From Owenia fusiformis (Eukaryota), in assembly GCA_903813345.2 (NCBI GenBank), contig CAIIXF020000001.1:5146001-5210000 (forward strand): 64,000 nt of DNA. Reading direction: 5' to 3'. Shown in pieces: positions 11,135 to 35,584 of the stretch. The notes under the pieces are model-generated. The model did no database searches, was not told the DNA's origin, and saw only the letters and a list, made by a program, of their open reading frames with translations. Position 1 is the first letter of the stretch. Each line of letters starts with the position of its first letter. The position numbers and the translations under genes are program-made.

Positions 11135-14100
11135 TAAATAGCATGTGCAAAATTGAAAGTTTCATGTGTTTTTTAGGTGTGGTCTTCAGATATACTACCA
11201 TATAGTTATGTGATACGAGATGCAGCTATCGATCACTCATCACCATCAAAGGTAATTATCATACTTTTTAAATTGTCTCTCATCAGTCAAACATTCACAC
11301 TTAAGCCAACACATATGTAGGCTTATTTGATTTTAATCATAAGCCTATGTAGATATATTGGCCTAGCCTAATTCATAAATACAATGCTCTTTTGGTAGTA
11401 TGAGTTGGTCCTCAAAAGGGCCATTTTTTGTTGTTGCTCGGCTGGCTTATCTTCTGTATCCACATACATCAGGGGCGGATCTGGGAAACATCAAGGGGGC
11501 GGGCCAAATTTCCAGTCAGAGAAAAAAAATTCTGTGCTCGTGCGGGAAAAATTTTTGGGCCCCTGAAACCTTAAAGCCCAAATTTTGAGGGCCATTTTCT
11601 TCAGAATTTAGTCTTGAATTCAAAAATAATGCCTCAAGGCCCACTTTTTTGGGCCTTAAGGCCTTCTTCGGGCCCAAAATTTTTTTGAGCCCAAAAAATC
11701 TTTGATGATGCCCCCTTCTCGAAATGCTGGGAATGGCGCACATATGTTATATGCCAGGCTATGGAAATATTTGTTCATGTAATCAATTTCTTATTTCAAA
11801 TTATTACTATTTTTCTTTTTTTCAGGTGGGCCTCAATCCTATTATCATTCATTTGACCAGTGGATGTTGAGAAAAGGCAATGCTGTATTATCACTCTAGG
11901 TGCTATACAAGGTATGTTATTTCTATGCATTTTAAGTGGTGAATCCAAGAATGATAAAATTGCAAACAAGCAAAGGTATTCTAGAGTCATTGTAGAAACA
12001 TATTGGTTTTCAACTCATACACAGAGGTTTCACTAGAATTTCCCACAGCAGGCTGTAAATGAAAACAACAGGCTAAATTAATGGAAATCATAAAGGATGA
12101 GTCTGGGAATGAGTCTGGGTATCGACTTAGAAAATATTGAAAATTGTAATGTCTGCAAAACCAACTCAATCACACATATTACTAAACTTCAATATCTTAT
12201 CCTTCTTCTGAGATTACTAAAATATCAATTTGTATCACAATTGATAAAGAATATTGGCATCAAAGACAGTGCATATCACTTTGTCAGAATTGAAAAAAAA
12301 TCAATGGCAAATATTAAATGAATTATTTATACAAAAAGTTTGAAACATATCCTCCAAAACATTGCTTATTTTCTTTGTATAGACATTGAATGGTATTTCT
12401 GGATAAGTGACTTTGTGTTTATCTGGGTAATCAAGGGATTATAGTCGCTCAAAGTTACTGAGCATCCAGTTTTGAGACTTCAATTGTGTTGGTGAAGTTA
12501 CACATATTTCAGTCAAATTCATGCTGAGCACAACATTTTGGTTTCAATTTTATAATCCGTATACATGACCCTGGTGATGAAGAGTCAGATTCAGTCAAAA
12601 AACCCAAACCGGAAAACTGTGCTCATTGTGAAAACTAAAAGTGAAGCAACTTTTTTTCTGATATTTCTTACATCAAATGGCAGCCATCTTGTTTTTCCCT
12701 CTTCAAATTAAACTGGCGGGAAATTCAAAAATTTGAAAAAAATTTTAATCCTTAAATATATTTCAAAAATATGATTTTCTTTTTAATTCTTCATGGGTCT
12801 TAAGTTATTTCTTCTTTGTATGTCATACATGTTGCCATTGGTGTTTTTTTCTATGATAATGACTATTTTTTGTTTGTTAGTCTACTTATTCTGACTCTCA
12901 GCAGGGGGCTTATTATGCATCAAAACTCATGAAAAAGTAAATATTCTTATCAAATATAACTAGGACAGTAATAAAAACCATATTTCACATACATTTGACT
13001 GAGGGACCAAAAGGGCATATACCCAGACACATCCTTTAACATGGAAAACTTGAAAAAACAAAAGGCGACTTTGTGAAAATAACTGGTGAAAATATAAAAT
13101 TGTAATTGAGTTTTACATATAATCCAACCTTAGATTATCAAGCTCACTTAAAACATGAACATGTGATTCTTAATAGCCTATATGATTTTGATGTTAAAAC
13201 TTGCTGAAGAATATGAAATCAAAATACACATTTATATGTATATACCAGTATACACCTTTCAGTTTTTCAAATTATAAATATGAAATATACAGTAGTATGG
13301 TCTAGTTTAGGGTCTAGTTTTCAGTTATATGTAATGTTGATAGGGAAAAGCTTGGTGGTAGAGCAATCGCCTTGGAAGGGAGGGGTCTGATCAGCCCTTA
13401 GCACAGGATTTCATTCTTTGTTTTCTTTAACTGTACTCTTGTCTTGCTAGGTCCTTAAACATTTTAGGTAAAATATCCAATGTGAGCCCTTCTGGCTTCA
13501 TTTGAATCAGAGCTTAAAAAGGGAGAATATCTAGTTTGTTTTTTGCAATGTTATTATCATTCTTTTTTGTTTGTTTAAGGTTGGATGGACTTTCCTGTTG
13601 TTATGCTGTGCTGGAGAAGCTGATCAGTAATTCATACTGGACTTGGAGGTGATTATATTCTTAAAACATAATAATAAAATCCTGCTAAGATATACCTGTA
13701 CCTGTTTGTTGGCAATTCTAGCATCACCCCTGAATACTATGTGACAGAATACAGTTTTTACTCTAAAATACTGAAAAAATATAAGGATTGATTGTTTTTG
13801 TATTAACCAGGACTATGCATCATAGGAAAAATAACATTGTGTCAACCTGTATACTTCAGTATACTTCTGTGTTCAAGTCACCTGTTTATCAGTTGCACAT
13901 ATTTACTACAGATTTTAAGGTTGTGTACTATAGATATCAAAAGCATGCATTCCATTTTTAAACTTAAGTAACATATTTTCTGTTAAATTTAGGTTTTGGA
14001 AGGCGGGTAACAGGTGGGCATGGACTAACCGAAGATGGGGACCACACATGGACCAGCAGGAAGCAGGGGGTGAGAAGCAGTGGAAATAGATGGGATGCAG

Positions 14101-17100
14101 TGGTGATAGGCAGGATCTATTGGGGTTTGCTGATTGTTTAGTGCCACATATTCATTGATGATTAATGGTATGTAGTTATTTGTTAAGTATGTGAATATAG
14201 TAAAACCTGTGCACAATGAATATTTGTTAACTGTCTACAGGGGTTCAATAGAGAGGTGTTCATTAGCGCAGGTTTTACTGTATTAAAATTAATAAGTTTT
14301 AATATGGGACTCAATGGGAGAAAAAGCTTTTGCCAAATATAAATGTTAACTGATGGAATGGATTTGACAGAGAAGTGTTCGCTTGCTAACTAGAAAGGTT
14401 AACTGTTGGTAGGGATTCAATAGGACATGTTTACTAGTAAAGGTTCTACTGTATTAAAGTGTATGAATTTTAATTTTGTGTATGGGGGTCAGAAAACAGG
14501 AATTTTTGTCAATTTTGAGATCTTTCTGAAGTATAGCTTTATTATACTCAAATTAGAAAAAATCTAAAGTATATTGCAAAAATTAATAATTTTTCTGTCT
14601 CAGGCCTCGTAAAATTCAAAATGGCCGCTTAATGTGGGATCTAGCAAAAAATTTCCGATCAACATAATACTTATTAGAAAATAATAAATATTGTATTGTC
14701 TTTATGATTTGTGCCTTTGAAACTCATCAGTGGTCCCACCAATGCTTAAACTGGTAATTTTGGTTGGTAATTTTCTAATGTATGACTTATATCTGCCAAT
14801 TTAATTCAACTTTTACAAGTTGTTTTATTATAGTTTTCAAAAAAGAATAGCCCGTGGCTTGTTAATGCCCGTAATAACTAGTAATAACAATACATACAAT
14901 TAACACATTATTGTCATGTATATTGCATTATTATTTAAAAACTTTTTTCTTTCAGTTGTTGTAATGCCTGAATGCTGGACAATGAAACAACCCACAGCAG
15001 TCATGTGCTTCACTACAACTCAACACTGGACTGTGTAATTGTGGGTAATTACTAATTAGCCTAGATCATATTTTACGTGTTTGATATCCCATTGCATAAA
15101 TACAAAGTTATAAGAAAGTTATGTTAAGTAAGAAGTTAAGATTTTATTTTACTAATTTTTTGAAAATGATGAATCTCATTTGAATATGTTTGACCAAATA
15201 AACAAATTTATGTTGATATGACTAAGAGTGTTTATTCTGATATTTTCTTTGTTATTTGATACACATGTAGGTATATCAGGCATATATAAGGCATCCGTCA
15301 ATTAATTAGAGAGTCAGGACTCAGAATCAGCCAAACTAGTCATGGGCTGCTTTTTTATTTTATAAATTGGAATCATTTTTGTCCATGATTTTCAAGTGAA
15401 AAAAACCTTGCCATGTTTGCACATATGTGTACAAGTAAAGTAGAACATATTGTACTGCAGTCTAGTCTAGTGTAAGCTGTCCTAATTTTTTTTACTACTA
15501 GGTTTGCTGTCTAGCTGTCTTTAACAGTCATGAAATTGCAGATTTAATGCACCATGAGAATATATAATGCATTTGTATTTTACAGTAAACTTATATTTGC
15601 AAGTGCAACATATAATTTTGTAAAACAGGAAATGTCATACTTAAAACAGCTCTAATCAAGACAAGAATTCATGTTTATTTGTAAACACTACTGTTATTTG
15701 AAGAATGTGTAAACTGTCCAAACTGTGTCAAACTGTTATACAGGTAAATAATGTTAAAGGTTCCCCAGGTATTAAAAGGTTTTGCAATATAAACAATGTA
15801 TATGTACATATAAATCTAGTATATAAAGATATCACTCTCAAACTTTAAGTAAAATAACATTATATTCAAATCTGTGCAATTACAAAAATATATACCTGAA
15901 TGCAATACATGCATATTCTGCTAAATTTATATGACAGATGATCTTGCTCAGATGATATATATGAACATTTACTCCTTTTTTACAGGCGGTTATTATTATT
16001 AAGCCCTGTGTTATATAACGTGTATTAAATCAATGAAAATATGTAAGCGAGAAAATAAGTTTCAGTAGTTAGAAATAGTCAGAAGTCAATACAAAAATTT
16101 TGAATAACATATTAGTATAACATGAAGCATTAGGTACAAATATATGTAAATTTATGCAATGGTATATCTATGGCTTACAGATATATGGGTATTTACAAGT
16201 AAAGCCATGTTATGCAAGTAAATATAAAGAAAGATGTTCATGTGTGTAACGAATACTGAAGTAAAGTGCAATTCTCTAAACAATCATGGTATTTGAGGCA
16301 ATTCATTATTGCTTTGTACTGTTATTCACATAAGTGTGCCATTGGCTACTATAGTACATTTTACCCAAGTTCTAGCATTTTCTATATTTTGCTTCAAATG
16401 ATGACATTTGACCTATATTTGAACATTTTGGTATTTCTTTTGGGTGAAAATACACTTAACAAGTACTTTGTAAAAATTATTTGGTATGGGAACATGCTAA
16501 TTGGCATTTAGGAAGTTTTTTGTATTGCAAATGTAGTATTGTTTTATTTTTTGCTTTATACAGGTTTCAAATAGCTCATGAACATTTGTATGAAAGGTGC
16601 TATGTTTTGTGTGTACATTTGAGCCCAAAAGAATCAACTGCTTTTTTATTTTGCATTAATGATATATGAATCTGTATACTATTCAGTATTCACAAAGATT
16701 TTACAAATACTGAAATATGTAACTTTTTACCAGTTTCACTGCAGTATATCACAATATATAATGATAACATTCCATGAAATAAAGCTTAGCAAAGACATGG
16801 AAATCATGATCTTTTGATAAATATATATAACTTTGTATATGAACTAAGCAAATACTTTATTCTGTTATAATATCCATGTAGGATAGCATTTCAGTATTGT
16901 ACGCATACATAGATAGAGAAATATTTTTGAATTTGAATCCCCTTGCTTTCTTAGTGCACAATATGCTGATAATATGAAATGCTAGTTTAGTCTTCACACT
17001 ACTGCACTAGCCCCATATGTCTATGTCAAGAAAACATTAACTTTTTGATGGAAAGAGTAGCCCTTGGTGTCCAAATCGATTGTTTTGTCGTTATTATTTG

Positions 17101-18504
17101 GTTCAGTTCTTGGTCTCTAGCCTTTACCCACTCTGTGGTGTACATGACTCCCAGTCAGTTTTGACTTTTCTACTTTCTGTTCACCCATGGCCTACCACCA
17201 TCTGGAACCCATGGTTCACCTGAAAACTCTACATATAGAACTTTTTTATAGTGTACGATAACCGTTTTCAAAACACTAATTGAAGAATAACAATATATCA
17301 TTTGACAATTTTAGTCTTTTGATGGTATGACATGTACGAAGCGGATAATGACAAAAACATTCTAAAAAAATTCTTGAAAAATTGAAATAATCAATCATGG
17401 ACGATTTTTACACGATTCACGAACCTAGGCATTCGTCTGGTGCTGGAATAGAAGTTATAAACATTATATTTAGTAATTATAACCTCGAAAAATTGAATAC
17501 GACTCTGTTTATGTTAGTATCAAAGAAAATATATTCTGAATTGGACTTTTCGAAAAATTATTTCGGCCGCCATCTTGTTTTTTTCGATAAATCTACAAAA
17601 CTGAAAAAGAAAAAGTGTATCTTCATCGGGCCACTCAAGGCTCACTTGTGGTTTTACGTTATTTGGAAACATGACATTAATGGCAATCGTTTAGTTAAAA
17701 AATAAAATCGGGGCAGAGTCGGCGTTTAGTCAAAATCTACGAAAAAGGGAAGATCAATTTTTCGAAAAAAAATTCAATCGGCAAGTTATACTCGATATAA
17801 TTGATCAATTTCCACGAATTCGGTCTTAAAATGTTCTTCAATAAGTTCGCCAGACGTAGGTTACGAGTACTTTGATAGTTGGAGAGTATTTCGGGATGAA
17901 AATAGCCTAAATGTTTCAGCCGAAAGAAGATGCGCAGAAAACCTGCGCAGAAAACAAATATTGGTCTTTTTCACCCAGTGGCTCACTGCCTGCTTACATG
18001 TCCTGAAATCTGAGGATAACAACATGGAGTTTAATTCTCTATGACAATGGCGATATTAGGCTACTATCAATATTCTAATATTTCTTTAATAAATAAAGTG
18101 CATTCTAAAGGCTATGTGTGTTATCATCTTTACATTTACAATCCCACATCTTTCAAACCCCGTCACTTTTACCCCATAAAACCTGGTTGAAGGTTAATAA
18201 GAATGAGCATTCCATGTATTTAGCCCTTTATTTTCTTTCAAAAGTTAAATGTACTCTACATTCTTACACGTGCAAAACAGAACTCTCAGCAAAGTTATCC
18301 GTTTGAGATACAACATGGTAGCAATTTTCTATGACAGAAACATTGTATTAAAATAATGGTTACTTGCTCATGAACGGCCGTTATGTATGCTACGTTGGCA
18401 CCCTTAGATAAGATAATACCATTATGTCAAATAAAGATAAGAAACACTGATAATAAAACAGTGTGGCCATCATATGCTAAGACCTAAGAAACATATGCGA
18501 CACC

Positions 18505-30160
<11,656 letters not shown>

Positions 30161-30290
30161 GGCTATCCAGAGGAGGAACTTGCTTGGGACAACCATCCTC
30201 ATGAAATAATTTCCTTGACTTCTTTGTTTGTTTGTTTTAAGAAGGCAATATAAATTAAATAGTGAGTGCCAAACTAATACTTAGAATAAA

Positions 30291-31474
30291 TAGTCTTTAA
30301 TACGTTCTTAATCAGTTTAAACCCGTTTGCAATTGGTTCTACAGTACCTCGTTCTCAATACGTCCTCAGACAGTTCAACTCGTTGTAAAAACGTCCCTAG
30401 TAGGATTGAAGTACGACAGTTCCGTTCGTAGTACGTTCAGCTCGTCGTCAGTACGTTGTCACTCGTTCTAATTGTAGAACGTATCGACCACGAGAACATT
30501 TTGAGCATGTTCTAAGTTCTAGAGGACCTACCCGTTCGAGTACGTTCGATGAAGTTTGTAAATAGACCCCAAACGGTTCTAAGTACGTCCAGTCCCTTCG
30601 TACTCAGTTGAAGCCCGTTTTCGAGAACGTAGTGAAAACTAGTTTGGTGTGATAGTAGGGTTACCCCCCTATCACACCAAACTAGTTCTTACCCGTTCTT
30701 GCCAGTCCTACGAAAACGTCGTAAAACGGGCTCAATCTGGCTGTGGTCGGGAAATAAGTCTAAAATAATTAGCTACTTCGTTCATAAACAGTCTTCAATA
30801 CGTCCATCTCGTTCGCAGTTCGTTCAGGTCGCACCACGTCGACGTGCAACGTAGTAGAACGCGTCCCTTAGTCTAGTAGGTCAACATGACCTGATTACAG
30901 AACGGTATGGTCACCATCGAATTTTGAATCAATTCAAAGTTCTAAAATCACATTCCCGTCTGAGAACGATCATAAAGTTCGTAAATAGACCTTAGAAAGT
31001 TGCAGCTACGTTCGTTCCGTTCGCACACAGTTTAAAACCAGTTTTGAAGAACGCAGTGGCAACTTGTTTGGTGTGATAGGTATATTTTTGCTAACTCGTT
31101 CATAAGCAGTGTTAAATACGTTCTTAATCAGTTTAAACCCGTTTGCAATTAGTTCTACCTCGTTCTCAACACGTCCTCAGACAGTTCAACTCGTTGTTAA
31201 AACGTCCCTAGTAGGATTGAAGTACGACGGTTCCGTTCGTAGTACGTCCAGCTCGTCGTTAGTACGTTGTCACTCGTTCTAATTGTAGAACGTGACGACC
31301 ACGAGAACATTTTGAGCATTGTCTAAGTTCTAGAGGACCTACCCGTCCGAGTACGTTCGATGACGTTTGTAAATAGATCCCAAACGGTTCTTAGTAGGTC
31401 CAGTCCGTTCGTACACAGTTGAAGCCCGTTTTCGAGAACGTAGTGAGAACTAGTTTGGTGTGATAGTAGGGTTA
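30291..31474. repeat. Three related 310-390-bp CpG-rich units ending GTTTGGTGTGATAG; the middle one is bounded by inverted CTATCACACCAAAC
   Basis: 30295-30664 near-identical to 31110-31474; diverged middle copy 30668-31081. Confidence 0.75.
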
Positions 31475-32139
31475 CTGACAACATAACGTACGTTTTTATG
31501 ATTTGAAATAGCTAGCTACATATATAACGCTCAACGCACCATTGATTAGCTTATCTTGTCTTCTTTAATCTCCTTTGCATCAGAAGTAAATCATTCGTTA
31601 AGCATTGAACTTTATTTGAAGACATTTTGTTGACTGACAACACTACAAATCATTTAATATAGCTAGCAACATATACAGCACACCTTGGGAAAGCTCATTT
31701 AGAGTTCTTTAATCTCGTTCATAAAAAAATCGAGTCAGGCCCTAGGAAAGTGTTACGCAAAGAACTTTAATAATAAATCACGAAATATCTTCGCAGCTTA
31801 ACAGCATTATTTGCAGCTTTTGTATAACTACGTACCCCATACATTCCGCACACCATTTGAAAGCTTACATTGTATTCTTAAATCTATTTTGTTCCGAACT
31901 AAACTTTGATAATAAATAAGTGACATATTTTCGCAGACTATCAGTATGTTCATGAAGGTTTGACTTGGGCTGTGATATTAGGATGTTTGCAGTTTTGAGT
32001 TTCCCTTCCTTGACGAAGCCTATACTAGTATCCTGTTGCTATTTCTTGCCCGGTCTTCCTGACTAAATGTGGATGATTTTCAGTGACTTACTATATTCTT
32101 CTATTCTTATCATACATCTTCCACTGCAATCCTTTTTAC

Positions 32140-33150
32140 ATCACAAAATCATGATGTCGCTGAAGTTTCAGCGTATGTTGAGTCAGCTGTGGAAACCAAG
32201 CCAGTGTCAAATGACAAACTTGATAAGATTCGTGTGGCGACACTTTCCGATGATACGTTGTAGGTTGTAATGCATTATATCATACATGGGTGGCCTAGTG
32301 GTATATCGAGCGTAAAAATGTGTGCAAAATCATATTTTGTGTATTGTGATTCTGTTAGCACTGTCCAGGATTTGATACTTTTTGGAAGTCGTATTGTTGT
32401 CCCTGAAAGTATGCATACTGAAATTCTAGAGAGAATTCATGATGTCACTTGGGTATGAATAAATGTAGAGAGTGTGCTCGCATGTCCGTGTAGTATAAAT
32501 GAACAAATACAGGATAAAGTTAAATCTTGCTCTGAATGTCAAATTGAGAAACCTAAACAGAATAAAGAACCATTAATAATGTAACGACCCTTGGTCACGC
32601 TCGTCGGGGAGCTGTAATGTACCGAGCCAGATACTAGACTCGAAAGAGAATGTACTAAATTCAATGCCCCGTACGGGAATCGAACCCAGGACCTTCCGCT
32701 CTCGAGTCAGACGCCCTGAGCCATAAAGGCTAGCCACTGCAGCTGAGACTGTAGTAGCGACTTGCTATCGAAGGTCATTACACCATCCCCCCTAGAAGAC
32801 AACGTCCCGTCGTAACTAATTCACAAAGGCAATCCCATTTCTGACACCAATGTAACGACCCTTGGGCACGCTCGTCGGGGAGCTGTAGTGTGCCGAGCCA
32901 GATACTAGACTCGAAAGAGAATGTGCTAAATTCAATGCCCCGTACGGGAATCAAACCAAGGACCTTCCGCTCTCGAGTCAGACGCTCTACCCCTGAGACT
33001 GTAGTAGCGACTTGCTATAGAAGGTCATTACAATAACAACACAATTACCGGAACGACCGTGGTTGAAAATTGTGTGATCTTTGCGATTCAACAGGTGAAC
33101 AGCATCTCATTACTGTAGATTATTTCTCGCGATTTATTAAAATTCAGAAA
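32140..33150 (+). pseudogene. Gypsy/Ty3 pol relic (linker, integrase zinc finger and start of core)
   Basis: ..HYIIHGWP..GSRIVVP..ILERIH..HLGMNKC..CSECQ..KEPLI|TTQLPERPW..ITVDYFSRF; stops and frameshifts; split by the TRIM. Confidence 0.85.
32580..33032 (-). mobile_element. Full-length TRIM with tRNA-derived LTRs (Helenus-like)
   Basis: LTRs 32580-32782 and 32851-33032; 68-bp interior with PBS TGGTGTCAGAAATGGGAT and PPT AGGGGGGATGG on minus strand; TSD ATAA. Confidence 0.92.
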
Positions 33151-35506
33151 TAAGCCCGCACTACTACATTTGAAAAAAACATAGAGATACATGTGCCGTG
33201 CGTTTTTGTGCTACTAGGCATGATGTTTGAGATACGTTAAACGCCAGTGTGTTCACTATTTTATGCTTGTTGGTCAGCAATTATGATGCATTCGACTATA
33301 TGAAAATGAATATGAAAAGAATAAAATTCCACAGCAGTATTATGAACAAATACGGTTCTAATAGATTGCATTCATTTCATGTAAATTACATCTGTGCTTA
33401 CTATTCATTTAACGATGTTTACCACATGAATGGTAAAGTAGTATATCATTCTAGAAAGGATTAAGTCAGGTAAGAGATCGTTTACATTTATACTAAACAA
33501 TTGCAAATGATATCATGAGTTGAACTTGGTTTTGTAGAATGAAAATGTAATATTATGTATTGTATTCCATATGTACTGAGGTTCTAGGTAAAAGCGGGAA
33601 TATATATAGTTAGATCACAAACTTAAACACTACTCTTAAAGTTGTACTAAAACCAATTAAAGAATCTCTCATTATCTTGTTTTTGACAAATAGCATCCCT
33701 TTTGTTATGTTGTCTACAAATCTAAAATTGATCTTATATGACTTTTTAAAATTGTTTTTTACTCTAAAATAAGTCAAAAGAATAAAAAAGTCAGTGTTTG
33801 TGCGAACAATCTTTACTGGTAACTGCCGCACCACCAAACCAGATCGGCACACAAGAATCACCCTTGAAAATTCCTTATCGATCCGCCTGGGTCTTCCCTC
33901 AATTAGCATATATGGTACTCGGGAAACGGCCCGGCGCGACAGTATTTGTCTATGTTATAAGAAATTTCTAGATTGAACAGTTCACACTCGCAAGTGGCAT
34001 CTCCATATATGGCCAAAAAGGTGGAGTTAACAATAAGCAATGCAGGGATTGACACGATTGACACAAAGAAGTCTCGATGAATCTCGCTTAAACTCCGCCC
34101 CTTCTTCGTGAAAAATAACGTGAATTTCGGCTTTTGCTCGGTCATATCCGGGCATCTCGGCTTCGAACCCAATCAGAAGTTTCAATTTTGAATGACATTG
34201 CATAAATTACCTCAAGTCTCACCGAATATATTTATGTATACGTTAACTATGTTGTTTCCTTGTGGTGTATTGTTTTATGTTGTGCAGTATGTTCTGTTCA
34301 ACTATTTTTGCGGTCTTGGTTTATGTTGGGTTATTGATCATATTGTCTTGTGTTATGCCGTTTCTGTTTTATATTCATTATAGTCTTCTGATGTGCTGTG
34401 TTCAGTAGTGTTGTGTAGTGTAACGTTTAGTTGTGTTCTGTTGCATTGCTTTATGTTCTATTTTCCTACCACATACCATGTAACTAGTCTTTACTTTGGA
34501 AATCCAATATTATGAAATAACTGGTTACATCATATCCAGCAGTTAATTACCAAATGTTAAAACCAGAACAACTTGCGATAGTTCATTGAGGAGCGATATA
34601 GGTAAAGGGCTGAAAGCTAAGAGGTGAACGTGAAATTTAGTCGCTGTTCATTTAAGAAGGTCTTTGAACATAGTGTATGAATAAGGGTATGAATCAAGAG
34701 AATGTGTTTATAGTCTTTACAGGATGGACAACATTAAACTGATTATAAGTCAACGCTAACGAAAGCTTAACACGTATTTGAAATTAAAGACATATTAAGT
34801 AAGACGATTTAATCACAACTTAAAATCATTTATGATTGTTTCAGTGGAATGGATTAACAGTACAGCAAAAAAAGGTATGTAGAAACGTGCTTATATTCGT
34901 CACTGTTGTTGACAGTACGGTGAGTACGGGACATTAACCGCTTCTGCATACTTTTGAGTATGAACAAGCCGAATTGAGGGGAAAATATTGGCAAAATGGA
35001 TTTTTTATCATCACATTTCAGAAATATTTCATTGGATGATGTTACTTCAGGAAAGTCATAAACTGTTAATTTGAGAAAGAAAGCATAACAGAAGTTTTCA
35101 AGGTAGTTTACGAAACAAGTCGTTCAGGCTTCAAACAAACACGGGAATAATGTAAAAGATCTGCTAGGTACGATAGCTGAAACCTTGAACTAATTATCGA
35201 GAGCTATGATCATTAAGGCAAATTATTATAACAAGATGGTGCAGCATAATCAGATTCGAACAACAATTAACCTGTATACACTTTGTAGTTCAGTTGTTTC
35301 ATGGGCAAGTTGTTAGCTTTTTAAACTTGATCTATTAGAATGTCATTGAAGACAAAAGGTCCTTTCAACTTGTATTTTTCTTTTAAAAATCGGTTCATGA
35401 TTTTTGGGGCTGCAAAAGTGAGGCCCCGTTTCCCAGACCATCTTTGAATAATCAAGTCTTTTTAAGGATATATACGAAATATTTTGCTACACGTTTGGTG
35501 GCTTCT

Positions 35507-35584
35507 TACCCTGCGTGCAGAGTCTAGTTAAACTACAGACGAAGCTCTCTTTTAAGAAGTGAAGTCAAACGAATGCAAAGGGTA
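35507..35584. mobile_element. 78-bp minimal family A element (inverted)
   Basis: Fused two ends of family A; flanks GTGGCTTCT/GTGACTTCT. Confidence 0.8.
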
